This document shows positions 48,173-56,710 of a stretch of DNA of 64,000 nt, piece by piece. The stretch is taken from assembly GCA_963764715.1 (NCBI GenBank), contig CAVXTP010000017.1:96001-160000 (forward strand). The letters are read 5' to 3'. A program made the position numbers and the translations under genes. Source of the stretch: an uncultured Acidobacteriota bacterium (GTDB taxonomy: Bacteria; Acidobacteriota; Thermoanaerobaculia; UBA5066; Gp7-AA6). How positions within the stretch are numbered: position 1 is the first letter of the stretch; each line of letters opens with the position of its first letter. Below the pieces are notes generated by a model. The model made no database searches. It was not told the origin of the DNA and saw nothing but the letters and a program-made list of their open reading frames with translations.

Positions 48173-48517
48173 TCAGGAAAGGAGTTTGGGGACCGGGTCC
48201 GGCCGTTCCGAAAGAACGCGCAGGACGAAGCCGGCCGTCATCAAGGCGAGAAATCCCGAGAGCGGCAACGGGGCCGGTCCGGAGGGAAGCGCGGGCGCGA
48301 CGGCCCGCATCGCGGAAGACGGCAGGAACCAGCCGCCGGGAGACGGGCAGCGCCGCAGGGACTCGCCGCCGCCCGACGCGCAGCAGCACGCCATCCCGGT
48401 TCCGTGCTCGCAGGCCATCGCGCAGGCTTGACCCGCCGCCACCGTCGTCGACGGCAGCGCGAGGCTCGCGGGAATCGCGAGCGCGGATAGAAAGAGGATG
48501 CCTCCGAGTCTCCGCAC
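48173..48517 (-). CDS. Cys-rich leader/membrane peptide (DUF2946/CruR-like architecture)
   Basis: N-terminal hydrophobic segment, CAMAC..CCC..C, Pro-rich linker, C-terminal RPDPVPK; TACAAT-N7-GTG. Confidence 0.6.
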   Translation of the reverse strand: MRRLGGILFLSALAIPASLALPSTTVAAGQACAMACEHGTGMACCCASGGGESLRRCPSPGGWFLPSSAMRAVAPALPSGPAPLPLSGFLALMTAGFVLRVLSERPDPVPKLLS

Positions 48518-48571
48518 GGGGCGCATTGTATAGGCCCGACCGATACGATGTCCCCCCACAAAGGAGGTCCC

Positions 48572-49327
48572 ATGGTGACCCTGATCAAGAGGATCGGACA
48601 CGTCTTGGCCTCGACGGCGATCGCGCTGCTGAGCACGGGCGTCATGGGCGCTCAACAGCCGCGGCCCAACGCCCTGCCCACCACGCGCGAGGTCCCGAGC
48701 GGTTTTGGCGTCAACTCCTACACGGTCACGACGGTCTCGGCGATGTCCTTTTACCCGGGGACCAATCTCGCCTATGGCACGTCCGGCAGCCTCGGCCGCT
48801 ACACGAACACCAACACCCTGGTCGACTACTACGTCGGCCTCGATCTCCCTCCCGGCGTCATCATCGATTACATCGGCCTCAACAGCACGACCGACACCCC
48901 CTTCATCCTCGGAGTCGAGCTGTTGCGCCGGAACAAGTTCGGAAGCCTCTCGGTCATCGGAAACATCGACAGCCAGGTCCACGACTGGGACACGGACATC
49001 AATGCGGCCCCGATCGGCTACCTGTGGCACGGTGACCCCGGCGAGGCGCTGGTCCTCCACGTGCAGAACGGCTCCAGCCCGAATTTCCAGTTCTTCGCCT
49101 GGGCCGAAGTGTGGTGGAAGCGCTCGGTCAGCCCCGCGCCGTTGGCACCGACCTTCAACGACGTTTCGACCGGCCATCCGTTCTACCAGTTCATCGAGGC
49201 GCTCGCCGCCTCCGGTATCACCGGCGGGTGCGGCAACGGCAACTACTGTCCGGACAACCCGGTCACTCGAGCCCAGATGGCCGTGTTCCTGGCGAAGGCC
49301 CTCGGCCTGCACTGGGGTGCGGACTAG
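48572..49327 (+). CDS. Secreted protein with C-terminal S-layer homology domain
   Basis: SD AAGGAGGT; FNDV..HPFYQFIEALAASGITGGC..YCPDNPVTRAQMAVFL. Confidence 0.85.
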   Translation: MVTLIKRIGHVLASTAIALLSTGVMGAQQPRPNALPTTREVPSGFGVNSYTVTTVSAMSFYPGTNLAYGTSGSLGRYTNTNTLVDYYVGLDLPPGVIIDYIGLNSTTDTPFILGVELLRRNKFGSLSVIGNIDSQVHDWDTDINAAPIGYLWHGDPGEALVLHVQNGSSPNFQFFAWAEVWWKRSVSPAPLAPTFNDVSTGHPFYQFIEALAASGITGGCGNGNYCPDNPVTRAQMAVFLAKALGLHWGAD

Positions 49328-49339
49328 GGAGCTTCTTCT

Positions 49340-49903
49340 CTACGCCCGGCTGTCCCAGAGAACGTCGGCGACGCCGCGCCGCCGGTTCTCGTGGCGCGCC
49401 ATGACGAAGAGGGCGTCGGAGAGACGGTTCAGGTACCGGACCGTGTGCGCGCCCACGGGCTCCTTGCGCGAGAGCGCGATCACGAGACGCTCCGCGCGGC
49501 GGCAGACGGTGCGCGCGACATGGAGCTCGGCCGCCGACGGGCAGCCGCCCGGGAGCACGAAGTTCTCGAGCGGCGGAAGCTCCTCCGAGAGGCGGTCCAT
49601 CAGCGCCTCGAGCGCCTGGACGTGCCGGCCCTCGATCTTCGGCGCCGGGCGCCGGGCCTTGTCCTCCTCGAGGAGGCACAGGTCCGAGCCGAGGTGAAAG
49701 AGCTCGTTCTGGATCGTCGCGAGGGCCGCGCCGACCGTTTCGTTGACGCCCGCGGCGACGGCGACTCCGATGTGGCTGTTGAGCTCGTCGACCGTGCCGT
49801 AGGCCGCGATGCGAATCGAGTCCTTCGGGACCCGCTGGCCGCCGCCGAGCGCCGTCGTGCCGTCGTCGCCCGTGCGCGTGTAGACCTTCGTGATGCGCGG
49901 CAT
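49340..49903 (-). CDS. pduO: Cob(I)alamin adenosyltransferase, PduO type
   Basis: [40 protein letters not shown]. Confidence 0.95.
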   Translation of the reverse strand: MPRITKVYTRTGDDGTTALGGGQRVPKDSIRIAAYGTVDELNSHIGVAVAAGVNETVGAALATIQNELFHLGSDLCLLEEDKARRPAPKIEGRHVQALEALMDRLSEELPPLENFVLPGGCPSAAELHVARTVCRRAERLVIALSRKEPVGAHTVRYLNRLSDALFVMARHENRRRGVADVLWDSRA

Positions 49904-49907
49904 CGAG

Positions 49908-51947
49908 CTAGAACTTTACGTCCAATCCGCCGGCGACGAGCCGTCCGGCGGCCGGATATCCCGCCGCCTCTTCGTACGCGTGGTTCGTCAGGTTGATCAT
50001 CCGCAGGTACGGGGCGAGGTTGCGCGTCGCCTGCCACCTTGCGACGAGGTCGACCCGCAGGTACGAGGGGTCCTCGACGCGGTCCCCCGTCCGCGGGTCC
50101 GCGTCGGCGCGCGGCCCGACGTAGAGGAGCCGCGGCGAGAGGTCCACCTCCGGGATCGGCATCCAGGAAAAGCCGAGGCTCGCGCCGTTCTCGGGCCGGC
50201 GCAGCAGCGGGTCTCCGGTCGCGAGGTCCTCGGTCTTCAGGTACATGTACGTCGCGTTCACCGCGAGCCGCGGAAGGACCGTCTGCTGCCAGCCGAGCTC
50301 GACGCCGTACGTGCGCGCGTGCCCGACGTTGAAGTTCTGGAAGGCCGCGAAGTCGTACACGATCAGGTCCGTCAGGTCGTTCCAGAAGACCGAGACCTCG
50401 GCCCGGCCGCCGTCGAAGTAGCGCTCCGCGCCGACCTCCGCCGAGACCGACCGCTCGGGCTTCAGGTCCGGGTTCCCGCTGAAGGGGTAGTAGAGCTCGC
50501 CGATCGAGGGCGCGCGAAACCCCGTGCCGCCCGAGGCGCGCACCTTCCAGAGCTTGTCGGAGGAGAGCCACGAGATCGTCCCGCGCGGGCTCCAGGCGTC
50601 GCCGTAGGTCGAGTAGTGGTCGTAGCGCAGGCCCGCCGCGAACGTGAACGCGCCGAACGTCACGGAGTCCTGGGCGCCGAGGCCCCAGAGCGTCGTCCGA
50701 TCGTCGTCGAGGTTGATCCCGAAGTTGCTCTCGTCGCTGACCTGCCAGCGCTGCCACGACGCGAAGGCCGTCAGCGTGTGGGCTCCGAGCCTCGCCGTGT
50801 CCGACACGTTGGCCTGCAGCGTCTGCGCGTCGGTCTGCGAGGCATAGCCGCCGGCGGTGTCGCGGTAGGAAGGCTCGGAGCGCACGCCCGCGAGGTTGAC
50901 GTCGAGCCGGTTCGAGTCGGAGAGGGCAAACGAGCCGGGGACCGACAGCCGCGTTTCGTGGGTCGTGCCGCGCGCCGTGCTCGGCAAACCGAGCGGGCCC
51001 GGGTTGCCGACCTCGCCGTCGTTCAGGCCCCACTCGATGCCGATGCGGCTCTTCTCGGAGAGACGCGCCTGGAGGCTGGCCGAGCCGTTGCGCTGGCGCC
51101 AGTCGCTGTTGGGGCGGTCGCCGTCGAACGCCACGTACCGGTAGCTCGCCGTCGCGGTGATCGGCCCGTCTCCCGCCGAGACGAAAGCCGAGCCCTGCCC
51201 CTGGCCCTCGTTGCCGGCCTCCCCCGTCGCCCGTCCCGAGACGCCGTCCGACCCCGGGCGCGTGAAGATCTGCACGACGCCGCCGATCGCATCCGAGCCG
51301 TAGAGCGCCGAGTACGGGCCGCGCGCGATCTCGATCCGCTCGATGTTCTCGGTCGTCATGCCCGACCAGTCGTAGCCCGAAAAATACGGCGAGTTCATCC
51401 GCACGCCGTCGACCAGGACGAGCGTCTGCGTCGAGTTGGTGCCGCGGGTGAAGAGCGAGGTCAGCGAGCCCGGCGTCCCGTAGCGCACGACGTCGAGGCC
51501 CGGGACCGAGCGCAGGACGTCCGACACGACCGCCGACTCGTGCTTCTCGAGCTCCTCGCGCGTCACGACCGTGATCGCCGAGCCGACCTCCGTCTCGTCC
51601 TCCGGCACCGAGGTCGCCGTGACGACGATGCTCTCGGAGGCGGGCGGGACCTGTTGCGCGAAGACGGGGCCCGCCGCCGCGAAGAGGACGGCGGCGGTGG
51701 CAAACGCCCGCACGCGACGGCGGCGCGACAGAGCGTCGAGGCCGAAGAGCGTCGCCGTGCCGAGTTTCTGGTGCGTTGCCCGTTTCGGGCCCCGGTACGT
51801 AGGGGCGGGGCTTGTCCCCGCCCGAGGGCGGCCACGAGGGCCGCCCCTGCGACCGAAGCAAGTCGCGAAGAAGAAGGAGAAGAAGGGTGGATGGGGAACG
51901 AGCCGGGACAGGGCGCCGAGCAGAACCAGCAGGATGGCAGTCGTCAT
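49908..51947 (-). CDS. btuB: TonB-dependent cobalamin receptor with aberrant N-terminal extension
   Basis: ESIVVTAT TonB box, [36 protein letters not shown], terminal F; under a B12 riboswitch, upstream of pduO. Confidence 0.85.
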   Translation of the reverse strand: MTTAILLVLLGALSRLVPHPPFFSFFFATCFGRRGGPRGRPRAGTSPAPTYRGPKRATHQKLGTATLFGLDALSRRRRVRAFATAAVLFAAAGPVFAQQVPPASESIVVTATSVPEDETEVGSAITVVTREELEKHESAVVSDVLRSVPGLDVVRYGTPGSLTSLFTRGTNSTQTLVLVDGVRMNSPYFSGYDWSGMTTENIERIEIARGPYSALYGSDAIGGVVQIFTRPGSDGVSGRATGEAGNEGQGQGSAFVSAGDGPITATASYRYVAFDGDRPNSDWRQRNGSASLQARLSEKSRIGIEWGLNDGEVGNPGPLGLPSTARGTTHETRLSVPGSFALSDSNRLDVNLAGVRSEPSYRDTAGGYASQTDAQTLQANVSDTARLGAHTLTAFASWQRWQVSDESNFGINLDDDRTTLWGLGAQDSVTFGAFTFAAGLRYDHYSTYGDAWSPRGTISWLSSDKLWKVRASGGTGFRAPSIGELYYPFSGNPDLKPERSVSAEVGAERYFDGGRAEVSVFWNDLTDLIVYDFAAFQNFNVGHARTYGVELGWQQTVLPRLAVNATYMYLKTEDLATGDPLLRRPENGASLGFSWMPIPEVDLSPRLLYVGPRADADPRTGDRVEDPSYLRVDLVARWQATRNLAPYLRMINLTNHAYEEAAGYPAAGRLVAGGLDVKF
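51799..51853. repeat. REP doublet inside the 5' part of the btuB ORF
   Basis: GTAGGGGCGGGGCTTGTCCCCGCCC-ga-GGGCGGCCACGAGGGCCGCCCCTGCGAC. Confidence 0.85.
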
Positions 51948-52054
51948 TCGAACCTCCCGTTCGACAGGACGGATCTCTCGAACGGTTCGAGAAGCGTCCC
52001 GCGCCCCGGGAATTCGAAGGCGCGTCTCTCGTGTGGCCCCGTCCGAGAAGCGTG

Positions 52055-52255
52055 TCGTTCGGCAGGTCTCCTGGCTTCCGGATCGACCGCCTGCGGGCTC
52101 CTTCCCGGCTGCGCAACCGGCGTGTGCCGATCTCTCGCATCCAGTGGTTTGCCGCCCGAGGCGTCCCCGGTGACAGTGGCGGGGGCCGCGTGGGATTCAC
52201 ACCCACTTCCCTTGGCCGAACGAGTCAAAGAGCGCGAAGGGCTGGAACCATAACG
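52055..52255 (-). ncRNA. Cobalamin riboswitch
   Basis: Minus strand: GGTT..AAGGGAAG.GGGTG.GAATCCC..CGG.CCCCGCCACTGT..CCACTG..GGGAAG..AGCCAGGAGACCTGCC (B12 box). Confidence 0.95.
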
Positions 52256-52298
52256 CCTCGTCCGCCTCCGCGCAACCTCCGCATAGAATGCCGCCAGA

Positions 52299-53078
52299 AT
52301 GCGGGGCCCCGACTACACGCTCGACCTCGATCGCCTCCGGCGCGTCGGCTTCCCGGAGGTCGTGCTCGCGCAGGGAAAGAGCGCGGAGCAGGTCGTCGAG
52401 ATCTGCCGACAGCTCTCCCGGGCGCACGACGTGCTCGTCACGCGGCTCTCCCCCGACGCCTGGGCCGAGGTCGCGGTCTCGCCGCTGCCGGGGCGGGCCG
52501 ACTACGATCCGCGCTCCGAAACCCTGCACCTCTCGGTCGGGAAGCCCATGCCCCGCGTCGAGGGCTCGGTCGCAATCGTCACGGCCGGCACCTCCGACAT
52601 GCCGGTCGCGCTCGAGGCGCGGCGCGCGCTCGAGTACCTCGGCGTCGCCTCGGCGATCGTTCCGGACGTGGGCGTCGCCGGCGTGCTGCGGCTCCTCTCG
52701 CGCCTCGAGGAGATCGAGCGCGCCGAAGTCATCCTCGCCGTCGCCGGCATGGAGGCCTCGCTCTTCTCGGTCATCGCCGGCCTCGTCGGCAAGCCCATCA
52801 TCGCCGTGCCCACCTCGCGCGGGTACGGCGCCGCCTTCGGCGGGCTCGCCTCGCTTCTCTCCGCCGTCAACTCCTGCGCCAACGGAGTGACGGCGGTCAA
52901 CATCGACTCCGGCTACGCCGCTGCCATGGCGGCCTACCGGATACTCTCGGGAGGGCCTCGCCGATGGGACCGAAAGGAAAAAGAGCCGACAGCGCCAAAG
53001 ACTACGTCCACGCCGCCGGCGTCGGCGTCGACCGCCGGCGGAAAAAAGCGCTCCTCGGCCGCCCGACGACGCCGGTAA
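52299..53078 (+). CDS. larB: Nickel-pincer cofactor biosynthesis protein LarB-like (PurE fold)
   Basis: GFPEVV..GKS, TAGTSDMPVA.EA, DVGVAG, AGME, AVPTS.GYG, NSCANGV..VNID; tail overlaps the next gene. Confidence 0.88.
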   Translation: MRGPDYTLDLDRLRRVGFPEVVLAQGKSAEQVVEICRQLSRAHDVLVTRLSPDAWAEVAVSPLPGRADYDPRSETLHLSVGKPMPRVEGSVAIVTAGTSDMPVALEARRALEYLGVASAIVPDVGVAGVLRLLSRLEEIERAEVILAVAGMEASLFSVIAGLVGKPIIAVPTSRGYGAAFGGLASLLSAVNSCANGVTAVNIDSGYAAAMAAYRILSGGPRRWDRKEKEPTAPKTTSTPPASASTAGGKKRSSAARRRR

Positions 53079-54082
53079 AGATCCGCAAGTCGACCACCGT
53101 CTCCCAGCTCCTCGATTCCTACCGCGACGCTTCGTTCCAGGCGAGGGCCCTCGGCAAGGCGGCCGCGGTCTTCGAGGGAATGCTCCGCGACCGCCAGCGG
53201 CCGACCATCATGCTGGGCCTCGCCGGGTCGCTCATCGCGGCCGGCATGCGCCAGGTCATCGTCGACCTGATCCAGGAAAACATGGTCGACGTCGTCGTCT
53301 CGACCGGCGCGATCATCTCGCAGGACTACTACCAGGTCCTCGGCGGCCGCCACTACCACGGCCACGCCGACGCCGACGACAAGGAGCTGCGCGACCTCTA
53401 CATCGACCGGCTCTACGACACCTTCATCGACGAGGAGAAGTACTGGGCGACCGACCTCGCCGTCTCCCGGTTCGCGGATTCGCTCGCGGGCCAGTCGATG
53501 TCCTCGCGCCAGTTCCTGGCGCTCCTGGCGCAGAAGGCGCGCCGAGACAAGGGCTCGATCCTCGGCGCCTGCGCGCGCCACGGCGTGCCCCTCTTCGTGC
53601 CGGCCCTGAACGACTCGTCGATCGGCATCGGCCTGACCGAGCACTACCACCGGGCGCGCCAGGAGGGCCGCGAGCCCTTCCGGATCTCCTCGATCGCCGA
53701 CAACTACGAGCTCACCCAGATCGTCGTGAAGAGCTCCGCGACCGCCGCCGTCTACGTCTCGGGCGGCGTCCCGAAGAACTACATCAACGACTCGATCGTG
53801 ATGTCCTACATCTTCGGGCTCGACACCGGCGGCCACAAGTACGCCCTCCAGATCACGACCGACGCGCCGCACTGGGGCGGCCTCGGCGGCTCGACGCTCT
53901 CGGAAGCGACTTCGTGGGGCAAGGTCGCGAAGAAGGCGACGCACGAGATGGCCTTCATCGAGACGTCGGTGGCCCTGCCGCTCCTCTACGGCTACGCCTT
54001 CCAGAAGAACGCGGCGAAGGGACGCACGCGCCTCGCCTACGACTGGCGCGGCGACATCCTCAAGTCCCTCAAGCGGGTATAG
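52964..54082 (+). CDS. Deoxyhypusine synthase family protein (possible homospermidine synthase)
   Basis: SD GGAGG; STGA, DRLYDT, PALNDSSIG, GGVPKNY, WGGLGGSTLSEATSWGK. Confidence 0.9.
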   Translation: MGPKGKRADSAKDYVHAAGVGVDRRRKKALLGRPTTPVKIRKSTTVSQLLDSYRDASFQARALGKAAAVFEGMLRDRQRPTIMLGLAGSLIAAGMRQVIVDLIQENMVDVVVSTGAIISQDYYQVLGGRHYHGHADADDKELRDLYIDRLYDTFIDEEKYWATDLAVSRFADSLAGQSMSSRQFLALLAQKARRDKGSILGACARHGVPLFVPALNDSSIGIGLTEHYHRARQEGREPFRISSIADNYELTQIVVKSSATAAVYVSGGVPKNYINDSIVMSYIFGLDTGGHKYALQITTDAPHWGGLGGSTLSEATSWGKVAKKATHEMAFIETSVALPLLYGYAFQKNAAKGRTRLAYDWRGDILKSLKRV

Positions 54083-54088
54083 CGGGCG

Positions 54089-54673
54089 ATGCGCGAGCTC
54101 GGCCGCGTCGTCCGCCTGCAGGTCCAGACCGGCGGCCTCAAGCGCGGCGAGCGGCCGAACCGCGTCTACGACCCGGGACCGCTCCTGGCCGTGACGGAGC
54201 TCCTGCTGACGCCCCGGGGCACCGCGGGCGCGATGCCGCACGGCGAGGTCGTCCTCGACGTGCACCACGCAGACCATCCCGCGTCGAAAGCGGCCCCCGG
54301 CCGCGAGGCATCCTTCGGCTTCACCAGCCACTACGCGAAGATGCACGAGCGCTTCGGGGACCGGATGGTCCCCGGCTGCGCGGGCGAGAACATCCTCGTC
54401 GAAGCGCCGGAGATCCACCGCCTCGAGGACTTCGCCCGCGGGCTCGCGTTCCGAAGCGCCTCGACCGGCGCGCTCCTGCGGCTCGCGGCGGTCTCGGTCG
54501 CCGAGCCCTGCGTGGAGTTCTCGCGCTTCTCGCTCGGCGAGGCGGAGTCGTCCCCGCAGGACCTGAAGCCCGTCCTCCAGTTCCTCGGGGAAGGGCTTCG
54601 CGGCTACTGCTTCACGCCCGCCGCCGACTTCACGCTGCGCCCGGGCGACGCCCTCGTGGCCGCGGCACGCTGA
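54089..54673 (+). CDS. MOSC-domain-like protein
   Basis: GCAGENILVE, EPC, RGY..LRPGD. Confidence 0.65.
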   Translation: MRELGRVVRLQVQTGGLKRGERPNRVYDPGPLLAVTELLLTPRGTAGAMPHGEVVLDVHHADHPASKAAPGREASFGFTSHYAKMHERFGDRMVPGCAGENILVEAPEIHRLEDFARGLAFRSASTGALLRLAAVSVAEPCVEFSRFSLGEAESSPQDLKPVLQFLGEGLRGYCFTPAADFTLRPGDALVAAAR

Positions 54674-54677
54674 CGCC

Positions 54678-55292
54678 GTGCGCGCCATCGTCCGCATCGT
54701 CCCCTGGGTCCTGGCGCTCTTCTTCGCGGCGGCGAGCGCCGCGCTGATCGTCCGCCTCGCGACGACCGTGCGCGAGTCGCGCCGCGTCGAGGCCGCCCCC
54801 GTCGTCGAGGCGATCCGGAAGATCGCGCACCTCGCGACGGTCGAGGCGCAGATCACGGACGTCCTGCGCTTCGAAGAGGTCAAGACGTTCCTGATCTTCG
54901 ACTTCCCGAAGACCGCGACGATCCGCATGCGCGGCAAGGCGATCGCGGGCTTCGATCTCGCGTCGCCCGACTTTCGCGTCCGGCCCGACGAAGAGCGGCG
55001 GGTGCTGACGGTCGAGCTTCCGCCGCCGCGCATCCTCGCGATCGATCCGCGACTCGAGTGGTTCGACGAGTCGAGCGGCCTCTTCAATCCCATCACGCCG
55101 CAGGACCGGACGCGCTGGATGCTCTGGGCCCGTGGCCAGCTCGCGCGCGCCGCGAAGAACTCCGGGATCGAGGCCCGCGCCGTCGAGCACGCGCAGGAGC
55201 TCCTCTCGACGGCCGGCGCGGCGCTCGGCTGGACGGTGCGGGTGAGCGCCGGGCCGAGCGGCGCGAACGCGACCCCGGTGCCGACGCCGTAG
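54678..55292 (+). CDS. DUF4230 domain membrane-anchored protein
   Basis: N-terminal TM, LATVE, GKAIAGFDL, LPPPRIL, GLFN. Confidence 0.8.
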   Translation: MRAIVRIVPWVLALFFAAASAALIVRLATTVRESRRVEAAPVVEAIRKIAHLATVEAQITDVLRFEEVKTFLIFDFPKTATIRMRGKAIAGFDLASPDFRVRPDEERRVLTVELPPPRILAIDPRLEWFDESSGLFNPITPQDRTRWMLWARGQLARAAKNSGIEARAVEHAQELLSTAGAALGWTVRVSAGPSGANATPVPTP

Positions 55293-55308
55293 GGAGGGCG
55301 CCGGGGCC

Positions 55309-55454
55309 GTAGGGGCGGGGCTTGTTCCCGCACTCGTGCATCTCGCCATATCCGAACGGAGGGCGCCCACGAGGGGCGCCCCTACGACCGTGACCGGATT
55401 CCGCCACCCGGCAAATTACGAGCCCCGTCGTAGGGGCGGGGCTTGTCCCCGCCC
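55309..55454. repeat. Cluster of three GTAG-type REPs between convergent genes
   Basis: GTAGGGGCGGGGCTTGTTCCCGC (55309), inverted GGGCGCCCACGAGGGGCGCCCCTAC (55361), GTAGGGGCGGGGCTTGTCCCCGCCC (55430). Confidence 0.85.
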
Positions 55455-55458
55455 TCTG

Positions 55459-55490
55459 AAAACAAAAACGCCCCGGTTGCCCGGGGCGTT
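55459..55490 (-). terminator. Intrinsic terminator
   Basis: AACGCCCCGG-gcaa-CCGGGGCGTT followed by TTTGTTTT on the minus strand. Confidence 0.85.
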
Positions 55491-55511
55491 CGAATTCCGG
55501 ATCAGTGCGCC

Positions 55512-56607
55512 TTACAGCGCTTCGCCCTTGAGCGGGATCTCGATGACGCTCTTCTCCTTGTCGGTCGTGTGGAGCGTGACCTTGCCGTCGACGGCGCCCT
55601 TCTTCACCTTGTCCGAGGCCTTGACGACGACGGTGTAGGAAACGCCCTCCTGGGTCGGCACGACGTCGGTCATGAAGCCCGGGATCGAGACCTCGGCCTT
55701 CGTGACCTTGACCGGCGTTCCCGGCTTGTTGTTCGTCACGACGATGTTGCGGGTGATGGGGTCCTTGCCCGCCGTGAAGTTGCCGAAGTTGACCGTGATC
55801 GGCGAGACCGAGACGCGCGGCCGCACGATGCCCGAGACCGGGATCTCGAGGGTCGGCTGCTGCTGGACGCCGGTCGTGACGCGGACCGGGGCGTTCAGGA
55901 GGCCTTCGGGAGCGTCGGGCAGCACCGAGACGTTCAGCTTGTACTGGTCGCCCGGACGCCCGGCGATCTTGTCCTTGTCGCCGGCCGGCGAGATCTCGGC
56001 CTTGACGTACGGCTGGGCGGTCTCGGCGACGGTCGGCTTGAAGCCCTTCTCCTCGGAGATCAGGATGACGTCCTGCGAGGCCGGGTCGCCCTTGACGACC
56101 GAGAAGCGCACGTACTGCTGGGGAGCGACGTCGACGAAAGGCTTGACGACCGCCTTGACGAAGAGGTTCATCTGCGGGCGGTCGGGGTCGTTCGAGACGA
56201 CGAGGACCGACTTGGAGATCGGCCCCGAGAAGCTCTTGGTGTCGACACTCGTGTGGACCTTGCCCTCGGTTCCGGGCTTGATGACCTTGTCGAAGGAGGA
56301 GACCGTGCAGCCGCAGGAGGGACGGGCGTCCGAGATGATCAGGTCCGAGCCGCCCGAGTTCTTGATCACGAAGTCGGTCTCGATGACCTGGCCCTTCGGG
56401 ACCGTGCCCATGTCTTTGGTCTCCTGACCGATGTCGATCTTGGGGGCGGCGACCGCCTTGCCGGCCGCCGGGGCCTTCGCGGCCGCCTGGGGCGCCGGGG
56501 ACGCCGATGCCGCCGACTTCGACTCGGCGGGCTTCTGGGCCAGAGGCCACCCCGGCCGTCAGGAGCGCGGCGAACGCGAGCCGGCCGATTTTCAGGACAT
56601 GACGCAT
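55512..56607 (-). CDS. Secreted DUF1573 (Ig-like) domain protein; apparent +1 frameshift near 56545
   Basis: SD GAGG, MRHVLKIGRLAFAALLTAGV signal in one frame; AQKPAE..FVIKNSG..PSCGCT..IKPG..SNDP in the next. Confidence 0.8.
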
Positions 56608-56710
56608 CTTCAGTTTCCTCCTGTATTTCGGGATGCCGAAGCGCTGAAACCCTCGAAATTTCGGGGTTATTTCCGAAAACCGTCTAATTAGACCAGACTC
56701 CGCGGGCGAG

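Noticed and set aside
52964-53078. Functional dual-coding overlap of larB and the DHS-like gene
   Set aside because: The LarB tail beyond the conserved domain is low-complexity; more likely a lost stop or an indel
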